From: Botryllus schlosseri
Taxonomy: Eukaryota
Assembly: GCA_051294905.1 (NCBI GenBank)
Contig: CM119372.1
Span: forward strand, 11,534,001-11,598,000
Reading direction: 5' to 3'
DNA length: 64,000 nt
The notes beneath the pieces are model-generated. The model searched no databases and was not told the DNA's origin. It saw only the letters and a program-made list of their open reading frames with translations. Within the stretch, counting starts at the first letter, position 1. Each line of letters starts with the position of its first letter. The translations under genes and the position numbers were made by a program. This document shows positions 12,972 through 25,556 of this stretch, piece after piece.

Positions 12972-13321
12972 TAGGGTTGCCATACGTCATCCTTTACGAG
13001 GTTTTTGAGAATGTCCTCCGAGGACGCCCCTAAATGTCCTCCTTTACAGCTTTTAAAGCTAAGATAATGGGGAGATTCGAGTGAAAATGGGCATAAATGA
13101 CGCTAAATAAGAAATTCGTGGTTCGATCGAGAATAACCAACTTTTTTTTTAGTCAAAACCATGAATTTGAAGTACAAAGTGTGGAAGTCGGGAGTCGAAC
13201 GAAAGTGATGATCTTTTTTTTAGTCAACGCACCAAATTTTACAGCAAAAATTGAGAGATCGGCTGTTTTCAGATTTGATCAATTAACTTTTCTGATCCAA
13301 TTCCAAAATATGGTAACCCTA
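12972..13321. mobile_element. hAT MITE family A
   Basis: TAGGGTTGCCATA...TATGGTAACCCTA; TSD GCCTATTA/ACATATTA. Confidence 0.85.
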
Positions 13322-13350
13322 ACATATTAGAACTATGAACTAGAAATAAG

Positions 13351-14517
13351 CAGAGGTGGTCAGTAACGAAGTACTTCTACTTTTTGAAGTACTTGAAGTA
13401 GATTTTGCGTACTCGTACTACTTATTAAGTAGTTATGATTTTAGACTATTTCTACTTCTACTTGTCAGGGTCGATTCCTCAGATCGTGGTCAGATTATTA
13501 TGTAATCACTGAATAAGTAATCAGTGATCAGACCATATCACATCATGCATTCGACGGATGCTGATTCACTGTCAATCTGTAAATCAATGATTCGTGACGC
13601 ATTTGACGCCGGTACCTAGGAAACGGCGTTGGGCCGTTTGCTACGTCATTATGCAGTCGCTGAATTTTGCAATGTGCGCCTGTGCGGTGCTTACTTCAGA
13701 ATGTTATCAAGTACGGAAACGTCTCCGCTGTCCCATAATTTCGAACACGAATTTGTAATTCTTTGACTCTGGTTGTTGGCTTGTAGAAACTGCATGCTTG
13801 CACTGTATTACACTCATAATACTTTCCTCGGTTCAGTTTAACGACTTTTGCGTAAAATCTGTTTTGCGCTAGCCTAGCCGATTGGAGGCAGGAATCCCTT
13901 CTAATTTCCCGAGGCTGTGATGGTCTATCAGTCTCCTTATTTTCACAATAATTAATAACCCTATTATGTATGCGCAATACCCATGAGAGTGCAAATGTAA
14001 AATTCTCGGAACGTTTGCTACTGGTACTCATTTTAGTTACAAAATATTTATGTTGAAGAGCGACCACGCAAGGTAGTAGACAGTCTCAAAACCGCCATTC
14101 GGGTTTCAGGATAGCAACTGCTAGATGACAACAATATAATTCTCGAATACCTCCAGTTACAATGCCACCTGATACATCCCGTAACTGTAGGCCTACCACC
14201 GAACGCCGCAAATTATGGTGTAATATCACTGATCACTAAGTTAATCCACCAACTTTCGTTGATTAACTTTTAACCAATGATTACCAGTGACCACGATCTG
14301 TGGAGCACAATCGTGATCAAATATAGGTGCTAATCAATGATCAGGCGTTAACCAACATCTGAGGAATCGACCCTCAGTTTTCCGTTTTTCAGGCAAACAT
14401 ATCCGTAAAATACTTACTTACTTGTGAACTGCCACTCCTCATTCTACTTGAGTAGAAATCCCGGTGGTACTTCTACTTCTACTTGAGTAGTGACGGTGAC
14501 GACTTTGACCACCTCTG
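13351..14517. mobile_element. hAT family B element with nested insertion
   Basis: CAGAGGTGGTCA TIRs; TSD GAAATAAG/GAAAGAAG. Confidence 0.88.
13468..14373. mobile_element. PIF/Harbinger-type MITE
   Basis: 17-bp TIR GGGTCGATTCCTCAGAT; 3-bp TSD TCA on both sides. Confidence 0.85.
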
Positions 14518-14805
14518 GAAAGAAGATAAGTGATTTTCGTGTGAGTTATAAGTGATTCGTGACAGACGAATAAAATATAGCTGAGAAGAATTTATTGATA
14601 TTCTGGTTCAATTTAACACCTTCAGGAAGTAATGCAGATTTAGGGCTTTTTTATCGCTTTATATGAATAATACCTTCATCAATGTATATTGTATATATAT
14701 CATTGGCTACATCTAGCGATTTTTAACACCGGTTTTAGCGATTTTCTTCCATCCGGAGCAGGCGACACCGCAGAATCGGGGAAATACCCCGGTACAACTA
14801 CTCAG

Positions 14806-15233
14806 CAGAGATGAGCACGGATTAGGATTAGGTTTTGAAAAAACAGGATTTGTGAAATTTTGTCGGATTTGGATTGGATTTGGATTAGACATTTTTTTCA
14901 GAACGGATTAGGATTTGGATTGGATTTAACTATTTTCTGGGAGATTGAAATGTCGTGTGGCGAATGGCGACAAACTTTATTCAGATCAGTTATTAATGTA
15001 CTTATGGTTACTAAGTTATCTTGAATCAAGTGAATGGTTGGTTGTGAAAGAAGATTTTCGAATCATTCCATTGCATAAATTAGTTTTTTTTTCCGAATTT
15101 CCAGTTGGAATCGGATTAGGATTGGACATGGACTTGAATATGAAAAAGTTATGGATTAGGTTTTGGATTTGGATTTGAAGGTTCGGATTTGGATTGGATT
15201 AGGACATAGAAATTTCAAATCCGCTCATCTCTG
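14806..15233. mobile_element. hAT MITE with GGATT subrepeats
   Basis: CAGAGATGAGC...GCTCATCTCTG; perfect TSD CTACTCAG. Confidence 0.9.
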
Positions 15234-16058
15234 CTACTCAGCTCAGTGCAGCTGCAGACCGTTGTGGCTCTATCTTTTACTATGGTAATGGTTCTATTAG
15301 AATTTTTGGCTTAAATGACAGTACTCAGTCACTGCAGCAACGGCAGGCAGTTTAGCAACCATCTGTCAAGTTGTGTGGCTTTTGTTTTCTAGAACATTGT
15401 TTCTTAATCTGGGTTTTAATGAACCCCAGGTATTCGGTGAGTCGGTCTCAGACTCAGCAGACAGAGGTCGGTTTTCATATTGTTGGTTGGTTGGTTGGTT
15501 ACTTACAACGTATTCTGAGCGAATAAGCCAATTGCGCGATTAAACGAGTATATATGAAAACGACGAAATGCAGTAAAAATTATATGAGAGTCGCCTAACC
15601 AATTTTAAAACTCGTAATCACTGGTCAACTGCGTGAACTTCAAATATTTCCAGACTGGACTGGACTGGACATCTGGACTGACTGACTATTACAACATAGG
15701 CTACAACTAACGAAATATTGTGACTAATGAAGATTAAATTAAGACCGATTTCTTTTATGGATAGCCAGCTATAAAATCGCTGATAGACGTATAGGTAGGC
15801 CACACCTGTATGGAATCGTCCTATGTGCTCACGCAATTCTTTATTTATGTATTTTTTATGAAATTACTTCAACTTGGAGAATCATTGCTGCTCACCTGTT
15901 ATATTAGGAAAACGTACCGAGATTTCAGTAGGGGGCCTACATGCTATATAATTGTTGACAAACATGCCCGCATTTCGGCCTTTTCAAAGCGTTCTCTCGA
16001 CTATGGCTTTATATTTCAGTCAAAACAAAAAATTACGTGTTCACATATCCATTTAGGG

Positions 16059-16781
16059 CAGGGCCGGCCAACCTTTTCAGCCAAAGGGCCACATTCGATT
16101 GACGAACTGTTGCGCGGGCCACTAGCCGCGCGAAGCGCGAAAATTTTCTGAAGTTCGCAGGTCAATAATATTGTCACCTGACTATATTGCGGGCCTGTTG
16201 TATATCGCTGGGCTCAGTTTGCAAGGACTGGGCTATTGGCGTCTGGACATATCGATATCGAAAGTTTCGACCAACATGCGTCAATCATTTTGTGCCTAGG
16301 TTTCATAGTCGAAGGTCCTTCTGAGAGTGCAAACGCAAAGTCGCGTATGTTGAACGACACTCTGTCTCGTAATCGCGAATATAGTTAGATTAAATCTTAT
16401 ACATTAGGCGTTCTTTCATTTTCACAAAGGTGCAACAATATTAAAAGCAAGAAATCGAGTGACAACATGTTGCGCGAAGCGTGTAGAAAATTTTTACTTT
16501 TGATAAATCTATCGCAAATTATTCTGATTTATTGTAGTGTACGAAGATCTACCAATATGTGACTGGCTCATGGATCAGCCAATGCTTCGGAACTGATATT
16601 TTAGTCATCACATCTCAAGTGTTGCGGCCAGACTAATCAAATTTTTGATTGGCCTCACAAGTTCACAATCTGTGCAATCCATTTTTGATAACATTAGAAA
16701 TTTCGGAAATTACCTCGCGGGCCACTCAAAACCCTCTCGCGGGCCACATGTGGCCCGCGGGCCACGGGTTGGCCGGCCCTG
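16059..16781. mobile_element. hAT-Charlie MITE (CAGGGCCGGCCAACC TIR)
   Basis: Perfect TSD ATTTAGGG; inverted sibling at 38676-39581. Confidence 0.93.
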
Positions 16782-18640
16782 ATTTAGGGGCAAATGGCAA
16801 TAAGATTTTCATTGTTCTTATCATGGAATAGGATTTGGAAGGAGACATCTATAACTTTTTGTGAAAACTGTGTTTCAAAAAACCGGGCGTTTTGTAAGTC
16901 AATGAGCTGTTCTTATGCAAAACGATTACTTATTGATAAGACTTCCTAATAGATTGACTACCCTACCCACCTATATTTGTTTACATCCGATCCTGAGAAG
17001 TATTGTTGAAGTGTAAGTGTAATTCCAGACATAGCCGCCCGGTTATGATGTGGACATTATACCCTTCACATCGGCAATGCCATAATTGGTTTCATGGAGA
17101 TGGTCACATGTGCTATCACCCTGCACCTGCTGAAAACGTTAGACCGCTTTCACGTTGCATCTGCTTGTGTGTATGCCTTATCTCCAATATTACATGTTTT
17201 TTTAGTTCAAAAATCTGAGAGTCTCGCGGCTCATCTGCCAGTATGGAATCGGTGTCCAAGGCACGCAGGATCACGCCGACTTGATCGCCAGTTGCACGCG
17301 GTCACGCCGTCACGGGTCGTTGATTTCATTAAAAAAAGTAAAAAAATAAAATAAAAAATTGAAAAAAAGTCAATGTTCTCAGCCACCCCAAATGCTATAT
17401 TCCAGTTAGTATGTGGTATATAATGTTTTGACCAAAACCTCTAGCCAGGATCTGTTGATTACTGTCTGTTGGTAAAGTACTTGCACCTTACCAGTTGCTG
17501 ACCATTAGCATCTGATCTCCTCTCACTGGCTTAACACAGTCATTTGAAGTCAGTATCCTTGCTTGTCACGCCGCTAAGTTGACTCTGTCACGCGAAAAAA
17601 GCTTCTATCACGCAGGATTTATTTCAAAAAAAGGACGGAGATTCCAATCAGCCTCATCTGAGAATCTGTGACGGCACACAGTTTGGGAATCACTGCTATT
17701 GGCACTAACACTAATTTACATCAAGTTTCTGTCATCACACCGGTACTGCATGCTAGTTGCGGCACATCTGTGCGTGCCTAGCTATTGTTTACACTAATCT
17801 GTCTATGATGGAAATTGAAATAATTCTGTATTAATATTGCAATATCGATATAATTCAAGTGTTATATTACCAATGAAATGTTATCGGTGGTTTAGCCCTT
17901 GCATATTATTTTACTTTGTAGTCCGATCCAGAAATGAATAAGCCTACCATTCGATCCGGAAATGAATCCCATTTATCTTTTCTAAATCTCATCTTGTATC
18001 GCACGCTTCAGTTACCTGCCATCAAGATTGTACCTGTATAGTAGGCCCATAGCTGACGAAATTACTGAATCACACATTCAACAGTATCATATATACAACA
18101 ACCAAGTTTGTAGGAAAATTTAATATGAGTTTGAGTCTAGATTCAGTCCACCAGCTTGTTATGTTTCAGAGCATGGTTGAATCAAATATATTTTCATTTA
18201 TTTACAATATGTGTGTCAGTTTATAACATGATTGATATAATATGATATAATAATATGTAATTAAAATATAGTCCGTGAAGTAAGTTCTTTATATTGGTTC
18301 CACATACGCAAGACTGATATATCCTTCTCTCCTCCCCACTCTCCAATATACATGATTCTCCTTTCTTATAGGCCAGTCCGGATTTACAAATATCACCTTG
18401 AAAAGAAGACATAATTTCGATTGCATTTCAATAAATGATTACCAGCGACGTAGCCAGAGAGGAGGGGGATCGAAACCCCTCCCATTACAAACTTGAAACC
18501 CAGTTCTTTTAAAATGCAAGTTGTATATCCAACATTGGTTGCTCATTTGCAACTCAGCATTTTTTTGGTTGGCTACGCATTTGCATATTGATTGAGATAT
18601 TTCTGTTTTGAAATGTAGGGTAATGTCTGTGAAATAAATA

Positions 18641-21600
18641 ATGTTGAGCGGGGATTTTGACTTGCCTGGACAACAAATACAATCATCAACTAACATAAAT
18701 GGACAAACAAGGTACCATACCGATAGCAATGTATATTTATATGCATATTTTCTGCTCAGTTTCAGTTCGAACAATTACGATCTTGAAAGATGAACGATTC
18801 TAAATTAAGGACTGACTTTTAAAAATTGCTGAAAAACTAATAATTCTCATTTCGAATTGTTAGGGTTGGACATTCGGAATTTTCAGCGCCGATGTCAGAG
18901 AGTCAACGTTACAGGACCTTTGAAAACTTCCCGAACAAAGATATCATCTTAAAGTTATACAATTCTGGCTTTTATTATACTGATGTGGAAGACAACACTA
19001 TTTGCCACAGGTTTGTTTGGTGCCTGAGAACTTAACAACGATGTATACTGTATCATTTGTTTGGAAATTACCACTACAGGGATCTGAGATAGTCCTACTG
19101 ATTTAGTGTCTGACTCATCAGTCGCCTGACTGACTCAGTTACATGCTGATATGTGTTCTGAACCGGAGTCAGTTCATTGAATTGCAAGTCTGTGTTGCTG
19201 TTTTATTACCAGACCATTTGATTACCATGCAGATGCAGCGTCAGCATATCGACGTGGCAAGATGATGATGATCCAGGAATGTTTCATGAAATCGGTTGTC
19301 CTTACAACACTGGGGCAGTAAAATCAAAAATTTTACCAGTACCATCCATTATTGATGAACCAATCGAGGACACTGAAGGAACAGTAAGTTATCACAAAGT
19401 ATTAAATATGTGATCTGATTAATTGTGTTGCCCGTTTGCAGGCTCCACTCGTGCCAACCATACTGGAACCGGCGCAAAGTGAGTGCAAAGTGCTTCTTAA
19501 CTTGTTACTTGATAATCACAGATCTATATCCGGAATTTTAGGTGCGGAGTCTGCCGGCATGGCTTCCGCTAATCGCGTGAGTAAGAGTTCTTTCTGCTGT
19601 ATGCTTCAGCCATGTTTGAGGCCGAGTTCTGTTCAATGTGGTACATAATTCGGAGTTGATATGATGAACAGTGAACACTTCAAACAACGAGCAACACTGT
19701 TATCTTTCTGGTGTGAGGGCATCGGAGTCAAAGCCTGGTGTTTGAACGTTTATTTCACTAGTGGGTCGGAACCAAAGCTGTGAATCTTGATTTGAAGTAA
19801 TCCCAATTTTATTGATAGGAGTCGTGAAGGGCAGGGAAAAATTGAGTACCTGACTGATTCGATTTTAAGTTGATTATCAAGCCTTGCAACAGCTGTGACT
19901 GAAGTCCCATAAAGATTTTGCAAGATTGTGCAATGTACACGTACAGCCCGTGATGTCGGCAGAAGTGGATTTTGTGCTGGTCTGAAGCTTTCAGAGTTGA
20001 TATGATTGAAATTGTTGGTATGAGAATTCTTTCCATTTGAATGGAGCCTTATATTATGCTGGGAGTTCTGTCAAATGATAAATCGTTTTGAGTAATTTGC
20101 ATGTACTTTTTTCCTCCAGCCTTACGCAGTGGATTCGCGATTCCCGTTTGGCCCGATATACGTGCAGAGTCACGCCGCTATGATGAAAGCTATCAACCCA
20201 CGCAAGGAGGAAGATCGTAGGTTAGCTTCATGACAAACAGGATAATATTGCAGCTCTTTGGAAATTACTACCGTGTTGTCCTGATCTGTAGATACACATT
20301 CACCTTCAACGACGCTTGGAAGCGGAACACCAACGATGTTTTGCCGTACAAAGAGCTTGCCGCAAATGGATTTTTCTATTTGGGCAATCTGAAGCGGACG
20401 CAATGCTTTTCTTGTCTTGAAGTCATCGGACATTGGTATCGTAGCGACGTGAAATGCATCCATAAGATTCACGGGGAAAACTCGGAACATTGCAGGTTCG
20501 TCGAAAAATCCACTCTTGTCGTGTTCATTTCTTGTCACTGGTGCCAGTAAAAATTGGGCTTTTGCCATGATGTATCATCTCAGTGCATAACAGAACTGGT
20601 TTCATAGAACTGGTTAGGACTTTGGTTTTAGTGAGAGACGAGGAAATGTGACCACGAGTGTTGGTAGCATGCTCCGTTAGGCTGTATGAGTTTGGACCAA
20701 GGTTGTAGAGTCCGGAGTTTCGTTGGATTTTCTATTGATGGATTCTGGAGTGGGAGTCACAGAAACCTTTGAACACCAGTTAGAATCGGGGTTTGTGGAA
20801 ACACCTTGTGGCTGGATTCCGGGGTAGCTAAAACGCTCCGATTCCAATTTCAACTACCTTAAAATCGAACCAAATATTCTAAAATGTTACTAAAAAGTGC
20901 AGTTGCAATTATGGTAGTTCGAGTCGTGTAGGTGTTTCACGTGTGCAAACTTTCACAGCTTAATTTCTTTCTGCGAGCACATTTTTTTAAATTCGGAAAA
21001 TAGATGAAAATAACCCGATAATTGATAATAAGTAAAATGCAATAAACGTTCCTCAGTAGATTTAAAGGGATGTCGGAGTTTTGTGAAGAAAATATTAAGG
21101 GTCGGTGTGTTTCAAGTTCCCAGAGTAGGTATATTGATAATGTCTGGAGTCTGTGGTAAAGTGAACCGACTCCACAGCACTGGTTCGTATGCTTACTCTT
21201 ACTGCGACTACCAAACATGAAATTTCGTGCAGAATGGCACGAGGTCAAGACCCAACGAACGTGCCATCTCGAATTCACCATTCTTCCGATAACGACGTCG
21301 GAACGTCGTCATCACAGCATCGTACTCTCGACAACTCGAATTTATTGCCGAGAACATTGCTGACTCCGGCTCGAACTGATTTCGACTTGACCAACACGCC
21401 GCACGAACACAATTCCATACAATTGTCAGTAAATTCTGTCGAAGTATCAACGAGCGCCTCAGAAAAGGAGCAAGAACAGGACGATCGTCGACTGTTTTCA
21501 AACTCATCTGCGGGCTCGCTACAAATATCGCCGTATCCCGGCGCTGGTCCTGAAACAAACTACTTGCCGCACACGGCCCGCGGGCGACTTGCTAGCTCCG

Positions 21601-24600
21601 GCGAAAAGCTACCGGTTCAGGTTGCTGATGAGTCATCTGAGCCACACTACTCGTTTGAAAATACTGCGCCGTCGCGCAGTAGCTCGCAATATGTTGGACC
21701 AGCGCGTCCGTATCAAGGGGAGGAGGACAGACCGCAAAGCGCTACTGTAATACGTCAAGACACGGAGGAAGGCGTCCGGCACATGGAAACGGAGATTGTG
21801 GAGTCTCCGTTTCAGTGCGATGCGCCCCAATACCCTGAGATGCGTGATATAGACGCTAGACGGGAGAGTTTCGCAGCCTGGTGGACGAACAGTGATGTCT
21901 CGAACACGGAGGATATGGCACATGCCGGTTTCTATTGTTTCGGTGAGTTTTGGGCAGAGGCATTCAAAGTCTGTGCTCATCGTATATTTCTGCTCCAGTA
22001 CAAGTAGAAGTAGTGATTTCCGAGTAAGAACAAAAGGTAGTAGGTGTTCCAGGTATACTTTTGGCTAAATTATGGAAAGCAGTGAAATAGATTGCTATTC
22101 AAGTACAAGTGCAAGATGTAGAGATTTCCATAAGTATTCTAGGCCTAGTTTTGCCTTAAGCACTGAAAACTGAAGTACTCAAGTACGAGTGCAGGTAGTG
22201 GTTTCTGATTATGATCCGCTTGAAGAAGTAATAGCAAGCACTTCAAAGTACTTTTAACCAACCAACTCCGGTTTTTGGCTGCGATTTTTCCACACCTTGA
22301 AACTTCCTCAAGACTCTTATCACATTTTCAGATTGCAATAGCACAAAGTGCTGGTACTGCGGAGCCGTCAAACGCGGATGGCGGCCCGGCGACGACCCGT
22401 GGGAAGTTCACGCCGAGCTGTTTCCACAGTGCGTGCCCGGATCGCGTTACGGTTCCTGCGCGTTTCGAGTTCATGCTTTTTATTGTTTCGACAGCTGCGA
22501 ATATCTACTGAGCAAGAAAGGCGTCGAATTTGTCGAGGACGTCCGCAGCAGAATGCCGCCGTCGCCGCCGGTTTCGTTCTTACCGCCGGCTACGCCTTCA
22601 CCACCCCACTCGCCTATCTACAGAGTCCCTTCTCCGAACATGTCGTTTGGATCGTTTGACGAATCGCCGTATTCGTCTCTGGAGACTTACGGGGTAAGGG
22701 TTAGCGCTCGATTTGCGTGCCATTTGCTGTCGCGGTTGTTTCGAATTTACGACCGCAGTGCCGCGAGTGTCCGTGTCTGTGCGTGGTCGGAAAGCAGATG
22801 CGTCGTCCAATGTAGCCAGCTAGGTGCATTTGCCAGTGAAGGCAGGCGTTCGAAGTACACAAGACAATATATCACATTGTTACCTTATCACTAAAAGCTT
22901 GTCGATTGACTCTCATCAGCCAAGTTGGCCGGCCCAAGAAACCATCGTTAGTACTCAGAAGGAGTAACGGTAAACTCCACTCAAGTAGAAGTAGCTGTTC
23001 CCAAGTACGTAAAAAGTAAGTATTCTAGAACTAGTTTGCCTAGATAACTGAAACAGTAAAAATCGAGTCCACTTGCTTCAAAAACTAGAAGTAATTTGAA
23101 TAGTAAAACCATGCAAGTCAACGGTAAAGTAGGGAAAAGGCAATACGAGTCGCGTGTCAGTAAAGTTGTTTGAGTACTCCGTTACGGACCATCTCTGTCG
23201 CATATCTCCCAGTACCATGGCGGAGCTGCTCAGCCAGTGGCGGTTATCGACCCACGGGAAGTTATGGAGAAAAGGAAAAGATTACTGGAATCCTCCCTCG
23301 ACTCTGAGTTGACTATGGCGGCTATGGAAATGGGCTTCGAACTGCCGATGATAAAAAGGTCAGTGTCTAAGAGCGTCACGGTACTGAAAGATCTATCGTG
23401 ATGATCCGTCTCGACCGCAGGGTCCTGAAGAGTAAGATACGGCGTACGGACATCACCTATCCCAATCCCACAGCTTTACTGGACGATTTGCTGAACCCGC
23501 CAGCGGATTTGGACCCTGACTCGGACGACGAGGACGGCGATCCTGTCGGGTATGTATACTATGAATGAGTGAATTGTCAGCAGCCGAAGTAGTTCGATGC
23601 GCAAACTTTATTGCACTTTCAGAAACGTAGCGGGTGCTTCTGCGGCGTCCGAAGTCGAGACGCAGGTAAGTCGCTAATTTCCCGGTCGTCGACGTGTGTT
23701 GCTAGTTGTGGTAAGCGTGCGCTTGCAAGATACATGTGATTTCGGATTGTAGTGTCGCGCAACGTATTGAAATGCTGGAAAAACTCACAAGCAAGGAGGC
23801 AATGGCTCAAATGTTGTGATTCGTGGCGGAAATACCCTTTCGCATGCTGAACACACCTCGGTTTAAGCATTAGTGTGTTTGCTGTTCAATGTGCTCGTTA
23901 CGGCTGCTCAAAAAAACTTTTGGTTCTGATTTCACTGGCTATGTGATAAAATTGTTAGGCTGGCTAAAACAACGCTGCTCACCAAATTTAACTCCATTCC
24001 AACCAGTAGAAGCGAGGTTCTTGCAGTTGAAAGTTTTAAATTTACTATTTACTGGCGTTCACTGCTGAAGAGAGCCAGTCGAAAGCTTCCAGTGGAATAA
24101 ATTTAACAATATGAACGTATTGTTTGCTGCAATAAATTTACTATATAAAAAAAATTCAAATTTTCTGCCGACCACATAAAATTGTTAGGCTGTCAGTAGA
24201 GACGATGCTCACAAAATTTGGCTCAATTCCAACCAGTAGAAGCGAAGTTACTGCAGTAGAAAAATTTCTAATTCCATGATTTTATAATGAATAATTAAAA
24301 AGTTAGCCACCGTAAATACTATTTTACTCGAATCCAAATTGTTCTACTGTAATAAGTTCGCTTCTACGGGTTGCAATTGAGCCAAATTTAGTTTGCATCG
24401 TCTCTACCAACAGCCTGACAATTTTATGGGGTCGGCAGAAAATTTGAATTTCTTTCATTTATTTTTTAGATAATAAATTCAATACTTTCTACTGCAAGAG
24501 CCTCGCTTGTAATGGTTGGAATTGAGCCAAATTTGGTGTGCAGGGTTGTTTTAGCCAACCCAACAATTTTATCACGTAGCCTGTGAAATCTGAAGAAGTT

Positions 24601-25100
24601 TATTTTGAACAGCCCTAGTGTTCATACTACTGCAAAGTCACCGAAATGTGACTGGTGCGGATTGAAATTCAGGTCGAAGGGAAACTTTTTAAATACTGTT
24701 ATGAAGCCCCGGCTCGATTATGACTGCGTGAAACAACAATGGCATGAGATCTCGTGACATTTTAGAGGGTAAAAGGCGCTTTTCGCATGAGGCTTCCGTT
24801 TATAGCCCTGTCGTCGGTCAGCCCTGGGTTGGAGATTCTATGCCTTTTGTGTTGCAGGCAAGCGGACAGAACGCGCCGAGAATGGACATCGAACTGCCGT
24901 CTGACCCGCAAGAGATGACGGAAAAGTTGCGGGAAATCGAGAATGAAAAACGCTGCAAAGTCTGTCTCGATCGCGACGCGGTCGTTCTGTTCATTCCGTG
25001 CAAACATCTTTGCACGTGCGTTGACTGTGCTCAGGCGTTGAGAACTTGTCCGTTGTGTCGGAAGCGGATTCAAAAGTCCATGAAAACGTATTCTACTTGA
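18641..25100 (+). CDS. IAP: Inhibitor of apoptosis protein (3 BIR + UBA + C-terminal RING; XIAP/DIAP2-like architecture), 14 coding exons, about 770 aa
   Basis: Phase-consistent GT-AG exons: 18641-18711, 18864-19010, 19233-19383, 19442-19478, 19542-19576, 20120-20220, 20292-20495, 21233-21942, 22332-22428, 22495-22693, 23213-23358, 23421-23549, 23623-23665, 24858-25100 (2313 nt incl. stop). BIR1 RYRTF..SGFYY..CHRC-x16-H; BIR2 EEDRRYTF..LAANGFFY..CFSC..HGENSEHC; BIR3 RRESF..MAHAGFY..CWYC-x16-H-x6-C; UBA AMEMGF..LLDDLL; RING CKVCLD..FIPCKHLCTCVDCA..CPLCR..TYST*. The start exon and small linker exons are the least certain. Confidence 0.93.
22862..22925 (-). ncRNA. Degenerate minimal hammerhead ribozyme motif (GAAA changed to GACA)
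   Basis: Reverse strand CTGATGA-G-AGTCAAT-C-GACA-AGCT-TT-TAGTGATAAGGTAACAATGTGA, homologous to the 24058 and 36838 copies. Confidence 0.6.
23899..24617. mobile_element. Foldback-like hAT MITE in IAP intron 13, arms built of tandem subrepeats
   Basis: TACGGCTGCTCAAAA...TTTTGAACAGCCCTA; nearly the whole element is an inverted repeat; TSD GTGCTCGT/GTGTTCAT. Confidence 0.82.
24049..24132 (+). ncRNA. 84-bp insertion carrying a minimal type I hammerhead motif (likely Penelope-like pLTR end)
   Basis: TTCACTG-CTGAAGA-G-AGCCAGT-C-GAAA-GCT-TC-CAGTGGA followed by AATAAA; 12-bp direct repeat TAAATTTACTAT (24037-24048, 24133-24144); absent from the mirror arm of the host MITE. Confidence 0.75.
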
Positions 25101-25178
25101 TATGACGATTCGTACCTACTCGAAGGGCTACTTGTTGGTGTTCGCCGCGCATTGCAGCGGCGCGGAAATGTCTGAAAT

Positions 25179-25215
25179 TATAGATAACTAACCTACGGTA
25201 GGTTAGTTATATAAA
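25179..25215. mobile_element. 37-bp remnant of two P-element tips (probable excision footprint)
   Basis: TATAGATAACTAACCTAC-G-GTAGGTTAGTTATATAAA matches the first and last 18 bp of 6536-11448 (two mismatches on the right); flanks CTGAAAT/GTGAAAT. Confidence 0.85.
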
Positions 25216-25556
25216 GTGAAATCAAATATGCTGCGAACGATATGCAACTTCACCTCTATATTTTATCCTCAAAATTTTTTACGCTCATTACTTATGTTAG
25301 ATCACGGTAAACTGGTTCATATGATGGGTGTGGTTGGATTTCCTCAGTAGTGCGTTCAATTCACAGTATGAGGTCGATAGGGACGGGGTGGGTTCGAGTT
25401 CAATGCAGGTGTCATGAATGACAGGTCTATGTAACAAAATTTTAGTAGGAAGGTTCGCCGAAACCTGAATTATATCCGGTGCGGAAAGGCAAGAAATTGA
25501 GATTGGGGAGAATGTAAGTTTCGTGACGTCGCGTGAAGTAACCAACCAATATGACG

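Noticed and set aside
20170..25073. Minus-strand ORFs overlapping IAP exons
   Set aside because: Shadow ORFs of GC-rich coding exons with no motifs.
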